A stretch of DNA of 63,728 nucleotides, filler included, from Pseudomonadota bacterium (GTDB lineage Bacteria; Pseudomonadota; Alphaproteobacteria; Paracaedibacterales; CAIOTO01), in NCBI GenBank assembly GCA_040387495.1. It is 5 parts of 4 records of this genome, joined end to end, with 100 filler letters (N's around TTAATTAATTAA, not from the genome) between each part and the next. Parts side by side here need not be neighbours in the genome. Positions count along the whole stretch, not along the records: positions 17,130 to 44,049 come from JAZKDQ010000012.1; 4 more parts are not named here. The stretch is one strand, 5' to 3'. The position numbers were made by a program, and so were the translations under genes. A model generated the notes under the pieces. That model worked only from the letters and a program-made list of their open reading frames with translations. It was not told where the DNA came from and did no database searches. Shown in pieces: positions 20,870 to 30,681 of the stretch; the first letter of the stretch is position 1; each line of letters begins with the position of its first letter.

Positions 20870-22106
20870 ATTCCATTACATCATCTTCAGAATTCTCAGA
20901 TGTATGCTCGTTTTCCATAGCATTATTTTCAGTGATAAAATTTTCATTAGATGTAAGCGTTGGATGCAACTGCTTTATCAGATGTGAAATAGTATCAAGT
21001 TGATTATGATGGTGAGCAAAATCTGACAAGGACACATTTTTACCACGCACCATCGCATTGCATCGCTTAGTCAATTCACTTAATGGATAAAGTGTTATAC
21101 CGTTAAACACGACGAAAACAATGCTGGCAAGAACAATAATTCGAACAATAGCATTAACGATTTCCCATAATATTTTTTTATAGAATTTTATATGAAGATC
21201 TTCAAATGATTTTACAACTGCAATCTTACCAATAGTCTCCCCATGAAAATCATTTAGTGGATAAAATATAATTCCAAAATGCTGTTTATTTATTACAGGA
21301 AATATAATTTCTGCGAAAGAGCTTTTCTTAAGATTTTCATTGTTAATGAATAAAAATATTTTTTCTTTATTACTTGATTCAGTATGAGTATAATCACCTA
21401 TAATATTTGATTTTGCTTCTGCTGAATTAGTGTTATCTGATTTAACGCTTATAAGTGTGCAAACCTCTTCAAAAAGCTTTGTTTCAATAAACACACCTAT
21501 CTCAGAGGATGTTAGGGATTTGTATTTGTTGATTATATTTTTCATTGTAAAGACAAATTCCATACTCCCGATGTGCCCCTCATCATCAGAAATTGGCACA
21601 ACACCACGAATTCCAAGACCAGCCCGACCAAGTTCAAGACCTTGTTGTGAACGTTTTTCCTCGTTGGCTAGAACAACACTTTTGCGAAACCCACTTAAGT
21701 CTTCACCATAACCACCTTCTTTATGAATTCTCAGAAATGTCTTAGCTGGAGCTTTATGAAATTGAAGTTCACTCATAAAATATTTTTGCTTTTGTTTCGC
21801 AAACATTACTTTCATTTGATCAATGAGCCATTCCCGATCTTCTTTTCGAAAGGCTTCAACAATAGAAGGAATAGTCGCGAACATAACCGCACGTGACGCA
21901 GCAAGTGCAGCCGTTTCATCAACATCTGTTTGTATTTTTTCTATGATATCTTTTAATGCTATACGTTTTGTTTCTACAAGTTCTTTTTCTTGCACACTGT
22001 ATGACAAAAAAACAGCACTTGCTATTGATAACATAAGGCATAAAATTACCACCAATGGTGCTCTTACAGATAGTTGAGATTTTTTAAGTCTTGCAAAAAT
22101 ATGCAT
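20841..22106 (-). CDS. Second membrane sensor: TM-Cache(dCache_3-like)-TM-HAMP, no output domain
   Basis: QFHKAPAKTFLRIHK..YGEDLSGFR..GLELGRAGLGIRGVVP..IGSMEF; paralog of 18508; acidic tail; start 22106 or 22151. Confidence 0.8.
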   Translation of the reverse strand: MHIFARLKKSQLSVRAPLVVILCLMLSIASAVFLSYSVQEKELVETKRIALKDIIEKIQTDVDETAALAASRAVMFATIPSIVEAFRKEDREWLIDQMKVMFAKQKQKYFMSELQFHKAPAKTFLRIHKEGGYGEDLSGFRKSVVLANEEKRSQQGLELGRAGLGIRGVVPISDDEGHIGSMEFVFTMKNIINKYKSLTSSEIGVFIETKLFEEVCTLISVKSDNTNSAEAKSNIIGDYTHTESSNKEKIFLFINNENLKKSSFAEIIFPVINKQHFGIIFYPLNDFHGETIGKIAVVKSFEDLHIKFYKKILWEIVNAIVRIIVLASIVFVVFNGITLYPLSELTKRCNAMVRGKNVSLSDFAHHHNQLDTISHLIKQLHPTLTSNENFITENNAMENEHTSENSEDDVMEYGFKNDVLL

Positions 22107-22188
22107 ATATTTTTTAAATTCATTAGCGACTCTAAGTAAGATGTTAAGCAAAAAAATATTAACAAACTATGAATGAGGAAAAAAAAGT

Positions 22189-24075
22189 CTATACACGAAT
22201 CAAGCCGTGATCTACGGCAAATCCCATCAGTCGATGCCGAAGCGTCACAGATGTGCGTTGCAAACATCCTTCAGAGCTTAATAAATGCTGACAAGCAGTA
22301 TCGATGTAGGTTTTCAAATTACCTTGATGCACGCGCGTAATCATACTATAAAGGCTGCTAACCTGCGAAGGAGAAACCGATAAATGTGTCATCCCAATGC
22401 CAAGCAACGCAAGCACATTAAGACGATGACTTGCTGATTCTCCGCAAATAGATAAAGGAACACGGCCACCCACACGTTCAATAATTTGTTTCAGAAAAAC
22501 AAGAAAGCTTGGTGATAAAAAATCATAACGATTACTCATTTCCGGTTTATCACGATCATATGCGAAAAAGAATTGCTGCAAATCATTCGACCCAATCGCC
22601 AAAAAATCAACAAAGGGTAATAGTTGATCAAGCTGATATACAATCGATGGAATTTCAATCATTGCGCCAACCTGAATGACAGCAGGAACATCTCTCCCTA
22701 GCATCTGCTCTCGATTGATCTCCATTTGAATAATTTTACGAATTGATAAAAATTCTGAAACTTCAGCAACCATCGGGATCATAATCGAAAGGGGTATATC
22801 ACGATAATTGCATGCAACTTTTGCTCGCAAAAAAGCACGTATCTGATGGCGAAGAAGCATTGGCCGATCCAAAGATAGTCGGATTGCACGCCATCCACTC
22901 GCCGTTGCTTGGGTGGTTGCTTTCCCCTGCTTTTGTAAAAGCAACATTTTATCACCACCAATGTCCAACGTGCGAAAACACAAAGGCTTCGCACCTGCTT
23001 GATTTAGGATATGACTATAGAACTCAGTTTGGCCGCACACACTGGGTAATTCATTCGCAATCATAAACGGTATTTCTGTACGGAAGAGCCCTACCCCATT
23101 AATGGAAGGTTGATGCACATGAACCAAGTCATCTGGTAGATTTGCATTGATTGAAAGCTTAATGTGAATTCCATCTAATGTGACTGGCGGTGGCCCATCA
23201 AGCTCTCTTTCATTAGGGTCTACCACAGAAGTCTTCAAAATTGATGCTGCACGCAACCCAATTTCTCTTATTGGACGCACATAAATTTCTCCTTTATCCC
23301 CATCAAGCACAATTGGATCGCCTGCAGTAATCATATAAAGCACAGAGTGATCACCCGCCACGACAGGAACACGAAGTGATTTCGCAATGATCTCAACATG
23401 AGAAGTATAACTACTTCCCGCTAAAATCAATCCAACCAAATTATGATGATGATAATCAATTAAATCTACTGGACTAAGCGATGATGCTACAACAATAACC
23501 GGGCTATCTGATTTGACGTGCCCAGGAATATTAGAATCCCCAGTCGACGTGTGCAAACACCCGAGAAGACGTCTACTTAAATCTTCAAACTCATACAAAC
23601 GACTTTGCCAAAATTGCTCTTTAGAAAACTGAGTTTTCATCGTATCGAGCACATCAACAATTGCTTCTTCGCACGTGCAGCCATTTTCAATGCACTGTAT
23701 AAGACGACGTTCCCACCCACGATCATGCGCCAACAAACGAAGACTAGAAAAAACATCCTTTGCGTCTTCTTTACCTTTGGAATCGCACGTAGAAATATCT
23801 GCAGCAGAAATTAGCAACTCAATTTTGCTACGCAAGCGTGTTAATGCCAAACTAAGTCGATCTGTTTCTAATAACGATACGCTAGAATTCATTTCTGAAG
23901 AAAAATGAGAAAACGCTGTTTTAAGTGCGGATTGTATCTGGTTGTTTGAGTTTGAAATAGAATTATGAAAATGTGCAAAACCTTTTCCAATCCCTCCATT
24001 AATACTAATGCCATTTAAGATAAGAGGCTGCATTGATCGCCACTGGTTGACTTCAAGAGCAGGTTCAAGAGACAT
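22189..24075 (-). CDS. PEP-protein phosphotransferase, PtsP (EI-Ntr)-like, without N-terminal GAF domain
   Basis: TSHVEI (phospho-His), GVGLFRTE, RTLDIGGDK, GWRAIRL, MIEIP, IGSNDLQQF, SICGE. Confidence 0.88.
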   Translation of the reverse strand: MSLEPALEVNQWRSMQPLILNGISINGGIGKGFAHFHNSISNSNNQIQSALKTAFSHFSSEMNSSVSLLETDRLSLALTRLRSKIELLISAADISTCDSKGKEDAKDVFSSLRLLAHDRGWERRLIQCIENGCTCEEAIVDVLDTMKTQFSKEQFWQSRLYEFEDLSRRLLGCLHTSTGDSNIPGHVKSDSPVIVVASSLSPVDLIDYHHHNLVGLILAGSSYTSHVEIIAKSLRVPVVAGDHSVLYMITAGDPIVLDGDKGEIYVRPIREIGLRAASILKTSVVDPNERELDGPPPVTLDGIHIKLSINANLPDDLVHVHQPSINGVGLFRTEIPFMIANELPSVCGQTEFYSHILNQAGAKPLCFRTLDIGGDKMLLLQKQGKATTQATASGWRAIRLSLDRPMLLRHQIRAFLRAKVACNYRDIPLSIMIPMVAEVSEFLSIRKIIQMEINREQMLGRDVPAVIQVGAMIEIPSIVYQLDQLLPFVDFLAIGSNDLQQFFFAYDRDKPEMSNRYDFLSPSFLVFLKQIIERVGGRVPLSICGESASHRLNVLALLGIGMTHLSVSPSQVSSLYSMITRVHQGNLKTYIDTACQHLLSSEGCLQRTSVTLRHRLMGFAVDHGLIRV

Positions 24076-24158
24076 GTATTATTTTCCCTGCAGCACATTA
24101 ATCGGTTATTAATAAAATTTGAATTATAATTTATACGTTAACCTATTTTTATCAGGAG

Positions 24159-25286
24159 TTGCAAATGCCCTTTTATCGTTTTTGGGCACTCAACGAACAC
24201 AAACAAACCATCACCGGTATGATGATAGGTAATTCTATAAACGATATTGACGAAACTTTACGGCAGTTCAACCAGCATCCGCTTAAAATTCGAGGGATTT
24301 TCCATTTATCACTCACACGTTTTAATGACATTGACCGGTTTGAACTCTGCCATGCCCTTACTGAAATGCTAAAAGCAGGTGTTACACTCATTGATGCCTT
24401 AAATGCACTTTCTACGGATCAACGTGACCTTAAACGTCGCATTCTTTGTTCTACTTTTGCACGAAAAATACATTTCGGCTGTGGGATGCATGCTTTCAAC
24501 CAAAATGAGTTTTTTGATGAAACTGGGTTTCAAACACTTTTGCGTGCAGAACAAACCGGAAACCTAACCGCTATTTTTTCAACACTCGCCGAACATTATC
24601 AAGCACGTCATACCTATCGTACAGAATTACATCGTATCATTCGTTATCCAATATTTTTAGCAACGATGCTTTGTGTACTTATTGGCATACTTTCAACACT
24701 TGTTTTACCAAACATAGAGACACTTACACCACCATCATCTCGTGGATTCGCCTATACAAGTTTTCGTTGGTTTTCATCTCATTTAGATCAAGTCGTAGGA
24801 TTTTTAGCAGGGTTAATACTCATATTATTTCTCAGCAAAGCACTTTTATATCGTATTCCGATTGTAGCGAGAGCATATATGGGGCAATTCTGGCATGATC
24901 TTTCCTTTTGCTTGCACCACGACATCCCTTTAATTGAAGCATTAGGTCTTATCGAAAAAGGCTTGCCTACTTTTTTTCAAGAACATACCACACTCACACG
25001 AGAAAAACTTCTCAACGGAATCAGTCTAAGTGACTCCTTTCATAGTCTTCCTGCTCAATCACAAACGCGTTCATCACTCATTATGCTCGCTCAAAAAACA
25101 GGAGATGTACCTGGAATAATCCATCATTTAGCAAAAATTGAGAATAATTATATAAATAATTTAATTAAAAAACTATTATCCTGGACTCAGCCCCTCTTAA
25201 TACTTATCATGGGGTTAGTAGTGTTATGGATACTCCAAGCAACGATTGTACCCCTTTATGATAGTTTGGCAGAATTTAAAGATTAA
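24159..25286 (+). CDS. Type II secretion/type IV pilus platform protein (GspF/PilC family)
   Basis: MLKAGVTLIDAL, AEQTGNL, RYPIFL, QKTGD, QPLLILIMG..IVPLYD; duplicated domain. Confidence 0.85.
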   Translation: MQMPFYRFWALNEHKQTITGMMIGNSINDIDETLRQFNQHPLKIRGIFHLSLTRFNDIDRFELCHALTEMLKAGVTLIDALNALSTDQRDLKRRILCSTFARKIHFGCGMHAFNQNEFFDETGFQTLLRAEQTGNLTAIFSTLAEHYQARHTYRTELHRIIRYPIFLATMLCVLIGILSTLVLPNIETLTPPSSRGFAYTSFRWFSSHLDQVVGFLAGLILILFLSKALLYRIPIVARAYMGQFWHDLSFCLHHDIPLIEALGLIEKGLPTFFQEHTTLTREKLLNGISLSDSFHSLPAQSQTRSSLIMLAQKTGDVPGIIHHLAKIENNYINNLIKKLLSWTQPLLILIMGLVVLWILQATIVPLYDSLAEFKD

Positions 25287-26820
25287 TTCGTCCCCACAGC
25301 TTCTTGAGCTCATGCAAGAAACATGTAAAAAGGTAATCACACCTTTTAATCAGGTATGTAAATACGCGCAAGAAGTTCTTGCACATACACCGCCAGAATT
25401 TATAAAAATTCATATTCATCCCAATCACATCACTTTGTTTCACATCAAAAATCGACATATTCTTGATCGTTTTGAAGTGGAAACGTCTCAGCTAAAAACA
25501 GGTGCATTAGCCTTTTTTCTAGCTCCTCGCTCTGCCTTACCTCTACAAATTCTTATTGATAATGAAGATGTAAATTATCGGTTGATATCCTTACGTCAGA
25601 CAAAATGGTGGAATCGTCATGGTCTTTTTAATCAAATTAAAATCGCAGAATTTGACAAAACTGATTGGGTATATCATGAACATGTACCATGCTCTGCTGA
25701 TTCTCACAGATATGTCTTTATTGCCTTCAAACCATCCACCACGCTATTAGAGACATTCATGTACCTTAATAATTTTAAAAACCCCGTTGCAAAAATTCAA
25801 TTAACTTCTGTTCAGCAAACTGTGGCAGCCATCGATCGAATCAAAAAATATGAGCCAATGCGTAGCTTTTGCCCATGGTCATTGTTTATTCGAAGAATAT
25901 CAGATACCGACTGGCTTTTGTCAGCACAACAATATGGTGCAATTGTCCTTAGCAGACGTGGAAAATTCGCTGCTAATAATTCGGAAGAATCCACGATAGA
26001 AGCTGAAATCGCAACAACCCTTCGCTATTTACAACGAAATGGCTATGAAGAAGGCGAAAATCTTACGCTGATTACTGCAGGATTTTCAGATGAATTCAAT
26101 GGGCATTCATTTGACTCCGTCTCTATAACAGATGTTATTCCAGTTCCTGTACGTGATATCGACACACGTATTCAGTTAGATTCACATTTTAGTGATCTTT
26201 CAGAAAATGGTTTTTGGATCTTAAATCATGTAAGAACTATTTTAAGAAAACCAAATTCATTTTATACGAAAGGTTTTAGTCCTCGTCTCATGTTAAGTCA
26301 ACGTCTCGCCTATTGGATCCCATATATCTGTAAGCGCGTTATTATACCGTTAAGCATTGCATGTTTTTTTACCCTCATTACATACGCATCAAAAACACAT
26401 ACTCTTAAGGAAAACATTAAGGCGACTCTTTTTAAAAAAGAAGCTATGTTTTCCACAACAGGAGATGAAAAACGTCGACAAGCTGCTGCAAATTTTAATG
26501 TATTCAAAGATCTCACTGGTGAGAATCCATTAATATTCTTAAAAACATTATCCATATCACTCACAAAAGAAGCATATATCACGCAGTTTTCTTGGGACGC
26601 AAAGAAAACGAATAATCATTGGTTATCTTCTTTTGAGGCGATAATTACTCTGCCTGATCATTCATTACTAACGAAGCGAAAAACAAAGAACAACAAGAAC
26701 TTAGCTACTTATCAACAAAAAGTCCAAAGGAAATTACAAAAAAGTTATCCAAACGCAAAAATCATTTGGTTGCCAATACATGGAAAGTCGGCATATACAC
26801 TGGGGGTCTCATGGGATTAA
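25246..26820 (+). CDS. Hypothetical protein, possibly PilM/PilN or GspL-like
   Basis: Overlaps gspF/pilC; LSRR..EIATTLRYLQR; single TM near residue 370. Confidence 0.5.
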   Translation: MYPFMIVWQNLKINSSPQLLELMQETCKKVITPFNQVCKYAQEVLAHTPPEFIKIHIHPNHITLFHIKNRHILDRFEVETSQLKTGALAFFLAPRSALPLQILIDNEDVNYRLISLRQTKWWNRHGLFNQIKIAEFDKTDWVYHEHVPCSADSHRYVFIAFKPSTTLLETFMYLNNFKNPVAKIQLTSVQQTVAAIDRIKKYEPMRSFCPWSLFIRRISDTDWLLSAQQYGAIVLSRRGKFAANNSEESTIEAEIATTLRYLQRNGYEEGENLTLITAGFSDEFNGHSFDSVSITDVIPVPVRDIDTRIQLDSHFSDLSENGFWILNHVRTILRKPNSFYTKGFSPRLMLSQRLAYWIPYICKRVIIPLSIACFFTLITYASKTHTLKENIKATLFKKEAMFSTTGDEKRRQAAANFNVFKDLTGENPLIFLKTLSISLTKEAYITQFSWDAKKTNNHWLSSFEAIITLPDHSLLTKRKTKNNKNLATYQQKVQRKLQKSYPNAKIIWLPIHGKSAYTLGVSWD

Positions 26821-27467
26821 AAACTCAACTAGATAACTTTCGTAAAAATACATTCAATTTTGAGACATGGCATATTCCCTGGCTTAGTCAAAAAACAGGT
26901 GGGATTCTTGTGTTAACAAGCGTCCTGTTTTTAACCAGCATCATCGGTGTTATGACAACCTATACAACCTACACAATTAAACAAGAAAACCTAAGAGATG
27001 AAAAAAAAGACCTTGAATCTATTAAAAATCTTTTTTTTCTTGAAGAACAATACCAGTCCGCAGTTGATAATAAAACCAGCTCTCACTTAAGCGCACATTA
27101 TTTAAAATTCAATCGGCCAACATCTTTTGCTGCGATGAAAGCTTATCTTAAAAAATGGCAATCAACGCTCCGCATAAAAACACTCAATGTTACAATGGAG
27201 TCTGCAAAACCGTATACGCGTGGCAAAGGTATTATGGTTGTCCCCATCACGCTCAAAGCACACGTATTAAATGACAAAATGCTTTACCAATTATTGGAAA
27301 AATTACAAAATGATGCGCCTGGCCTCATTGTTCTTAAGCATATCGATTTAAAGCGTGTAGTGGGATCATCTCTGCAAACAATTAATCAGTTATTATCTGG
27401 CAAAAAAAACATCCTTGTTGAAGGAACAATTGTGTGTGACTGGTTTTTCATTGGTGAAGATAAATAA
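26811..27467 (+). CDS. Hypothetical bitopic protein, possibly PilO/GspM-like
   Basis: N-terminal TM, coiled coil, C-terminal LYQLLEKLQNDAPGLIVLKHIDLKR; operon position. Confidence 0.5.
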   Translation: MGLKTQLDNFRKNTFNFETWHIPWLSQKTGGILVLTSVLFLTSIIGVMTTYTTYTIKQENLRDEKKDLESIKNLFFLEEQYQSAVDNKTSSHLSAHYLKFNRPTSFAAMKAYLKKWQSTLRIKTLNVTMESAKPYTRGKGIMVVPITLKAHVLNDKMLYQLLEKLQNDAPGLIVLKHIDLKRVVGSSLQTINQLLSGKKNILVEGTIVCDWFFIGEDK

Positions 27468-27958
27468 TGAATAAAATCAAAAACTGCGTTCTTCTATTTA
27501 TAATCGTGTTCTTGTATGCTTCCATTCTAACAGCGGAATCACCCAGAAAAGGCTCACCTGCAGCAACGACGCCTTCTCCCAAGAATGCATCTACTCTTAT
27601 CCCAACGCCCGCTTCTCAAGGCCCAAGTGAAACTTTTTCTCTCATGTTAAGCGATGCTGAAGAAAAAATGATTTCCAACGCTATGAACTGCAATAAAAAC
27701 CCTATAGAAGAGGCCCTCGTATGTCATTATTTAGGTGGCATTGTGTTCTCAACAACAACTAATTGGACACTCTGGCTCAATGACCAAGCGTATTCATACG
27801 GATCAGAAATCCCTGGCATTACAATCTTAGAAGTTACGAATAATAAGATTAGTTTAAAAGCTAGCGATTCAAAATCAAAAAGCGGTAGTTGGCTTGAAAT
27901 GGGGAAAACGTTTTGTTGTGACACCGGCCAAACACTCGCGGGCGATCAGCGACGGTAA
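27467..27958 (+). CDS. Hypothetical exported protein, possibly GspC/PilP-like
   Basis: Signal peptide; YLGGIVF..WTLWLND..YSYG..ILEV beta-rich motif; operon position. Confidence 0.5.
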   Translation: MNKIKNCVLLFIIVFLYASILTAESPRKGSPAATTPSPKNASTLIPTPASQGPSETFSLMLSDAEEKMISNAMNCNKNPIEEALVCHYLGGIVFSTTTNWTLWLNDQAYSYGSEIPGITILEVTNNKISLKASDSKSKSGSWLEMGKTFCCDTGQTLAGDQRR

Positions 27959-28073
27959 GTTTTCACACAAACCATTCAACGTGCAGATAGGTGTAAACCC
28001 TAGGAGATCCTTGTAAAATTAGAAGTATATATCGATGTCTTTTACGGGAAACGTATGAGATTAAGTCTTGCTA

Positions 28074-29132
28074 TCATGTGAGACTCTCCACATACTTCAA
28101 CAATTCATTATCATCCGCAGCGTCGCATTCAAAATCGGGCACATATGGCACATTGTCACCGCGAGGCCTGTTACGAAAGACTTTTATCGGATAGGAAAAT
28201 GTGCCCATTCCACTTGGCAGATCGACAGTACGTACTTCCATATATAGACGATCCGCTTTAGTCGTTTTACCGATCAACGTAATGGAATGTTCCATCATTT
28301 TGAGTGAATCAATAAAATCCAAAGCAGCACTTACATTCAGCGGCTGAATAATCACAAAGATTTTTGCCTTGACGCTATGTGCACGCACTATTTTAGTGGG
28401 ATATACAATCTCTGAAGACGCCGCATGATAATAAGGCTCGTGTTTAGTAATACTATCCTCAATACAATCAGCAACATGTCTCATCCAATCACTTTTGTAG
28501 CGCGCATACATTTCGCGCATATGTATTAGGTTTCCTGGGCTTGCACGCCAATCAACGGAAACATTTCGGTTAGCAATACGTCGCTGCTGACTTGCATAAC
28601 TTTCATCAAATAAATAATCCACAATTTGGTCACTATACTCTGAATTGCCGCCTTGATTGCCAAGCAAATCAAAGACAATTGCATCTTTATTTTTTAGATT
28701 TAGCAATTGCTGCAGAATATGCTCAAAATCCTTTTTTTGATCCACTTGAATGTCAAAAGTGGGTAATGTGATCCAGACAATTTTGGGGCTGATATGCTTG
28801 ATTGCAAATTTCTGGTTTTGTAATTTGCGTGGTGTATTTTTCTCTGCATCTTTCCAACTTACCCACAAGTGTGCATCATTGAAAGTCTTAGCAAATGTAG
28901 AAAGAATCAATTTTTTCTGGTTTGAGCCAGAATTATTGGCAATATTACTTCTTGCTTTTACATACGCTTTTTCAAGCTCGTCCTTAAACAACGGATCTTC
29001 GTGGTTATACATTCCTGGATGATTTTCTATGATCTGTTCGCGCATAAAATCAAGGTCTTCAAACGAAACGCGAGAAGATGTGCACGCTGACAATGCCAAA
29101 GCAATACATATGAGTTTATAAAGTCTACCCAT
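28074..29132 (-). CDS. S41 family peptidase, lipoprotein
   Basis: Lipobox LSAC, NHPG, FNDAHL, FDLLGNQGGNS, VSAALDF, IGKTT. Confidence 0.82.
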   Translation of the reverse strand: MGRLYKLICIALALSACTSSRVSFEDLDFMREQIIENHPGMYNHEDPLFKDELEKAYVKARSNIANNSGSNQKKLILSTFAKTFNDAHLWVSWKDAEKNTPRKLQNQKFAIKHISPKIVWITLPTFDIQVDQKKDFEHILQQLLNLKNKDAIVFDLLGNQGGNSEYSDQIVDYLFDESYASQQRRIANRNVSVDWRASPGNLIHMREMYARYKSDWMRHVADCIEDSITKHEPYYHAASSEIVYPTKIVRAHSVKAKIFVIIQPLNVSAALDFIDSLKMMEHSITLIGKTTKADRLYMEVRTVDLPSGMGTFSYPIKVFRNRPRGDNVPYVPDFECDAADDNELLKYVESLT

Positions 29133-29886
29133 CTTTTTTCCCGCCATTTAGCACCGCCACAACCAAATCAATAGCAAAGTAGAAATCCCCGTTTGCACTT
29201 TTCTCTTCCAAGTCTTGTCGCCACAAGAGAATATCTTCTTCCTTAAAATGGTCTTTTGCTACCGACAAAAGCATTTGAACCATCAGATAACCATAATTCC
29301 CAGGCATTAATTTTGTTTCAGTTGTTCTTATAGTTTTAATAGATGATGTATCATGAAAAAAACTTTGATTAATAAGACCGGGAATCTTTCTACCCATTTG
29401 CCCATCAGAGTGTTGTTGCCAAGCTTGTTTTGTGTCTGCAAAGTAATGAATTAAATCCCGCGTAAGCTGTACATATTTACTGTTAAAGATAGCTGAATCA
29501 AAATCGTGATGTGAAAGAATAAAAATTCCATTATCAGACAATAAATCTTGAAAGGCATTGATAAATTCAATCTTACTTTCTATGCATTCCAATACATTTT
29601 GACAAATGATTCTATCAAAACTCATTAATCCATTTAAATCTCTTGGGGTATCACAAAGCGCATATTGCACAACACCATTCGTAATTTCAGTATGAAATTT
29701 AGATTTAATGGTATCGATCATTTTCTCATTCGAATCAACGGCATAAATCAAATTTGGCTTGCTTTGATTCGATAATAAAAGTTCGATAAAATCACCCGTT
29801 CCGCAACCGTACTCCAGAATACGGGCATTATGCGTGTCACCTAACCTGGCTATAATTTCTTTTTTATGCGAAAGCACACGTGTCAT
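29125..29886 (-). CDS. Class I SAM-dependent methyltransferase
   Basis: ILEYGCGTG, AVDSN, FDRIICQNVLE, DFDS..DGQMGR. Confidence 0.88.
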   Translation of the reverse strand: MTRVLSHKKEIIARLGDTHNARILEYGCGTGDFIELLLSNQSKPNLIYAVDSNEKMIDTIKSKFHTEITNGVVQYALCDTPRDLNGLMSFDRIICQNVLECIESKIEFINAFQDLLSDNGIFILSHHDFDSAIFNSKYVQLTRDLIHYFADTKQAWQQHSDGQMGRKIPGLINQSFFHDTSSIKTIRTTETKLMPGNYGYLMVQMLLSVAKDHFKEEDILLWRQDLEEKSANGDFYFAIDLVVAVLNGGKKDG

Positions 29887-30371
29887 TTAACACCTCCAAC
29901 ATACCAACGCGTAGCGACCGACAACCCCACGCTTTCAAGAAAACCAATCTTCGCTTCATCATGATCTCCACAAGCAACAACCACTTGCACTGCCCCCTTT
30001 TTTTGTGATTCATGTATCAGCTGATCTAAAAGCACCGCTCCAATATCAGGCCAAAAAGCATCTTCTGCAACGCAGAAATCATCAATCATCAACGTCAATC
30101 CGCCGGGGCTTTATACTTCTGGTGCACGCATCAAGCGCCCTATAATAAAACCTACAATATGCGTATTTTCAGCAAGCAACACTATATGATCATCTACATT
30201 AAGCAAATGCATGAATCATTCAGCCTGACTATCATACGCATGTTCGGAACGTTTCCAGAATTGAGGCTGCGCCGTTTCATAAGCACGACGTTTTTGGTCA
30301 GACAAAGCAACCATAGCTGATACATCCGCTGCATTAACACACCTAATATTAGCCTTAGCAAATTTGTTCAT
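29883..30371 (-). pseudogene. GNAT acetyltransferase pseudogene with two in-frame stops
   Basis: MNKFAKANIRCVNAADV…QAE*FMH…PEV*SPGGLTLMIDDF; TGA at 30216-30218 and TAA at 30111-30113. Confidence 0.85.
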
Positions 30372-30681
30372 ATTCTTCCTTGCCGTATACATTACAATCC
30401 AATATATCGTGTAAAAAACGCAAGAACAACTCCACCCTTTCTATATTATATAAAATGGGCCTAGTTGACGTTTGGGAAGGTGTTTTAATATAAAATGATG
30501 AAATATATTTTTGGTTAATTTGGTCAGAATGCTACGCTTTCTTTTGTTTCGAACATAAAATGCCTTGGTTTATTGTACACTCACATTTTATTTATGCCGC
30601 GAACGAAGAAAAGCAACGTGCTCTTCAATAATTCAAACTAGCAATCAGTTGTCTGTGAGTGTTCATTTTTGCATTACAGCA

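Noticed and set aside
30216..30218. UGA read as Trp or Sec (alternative genetic code)
   Set aside because: The same gene also has an in-frame TAA, and TGA ends intact genes such as obgE and the terminase
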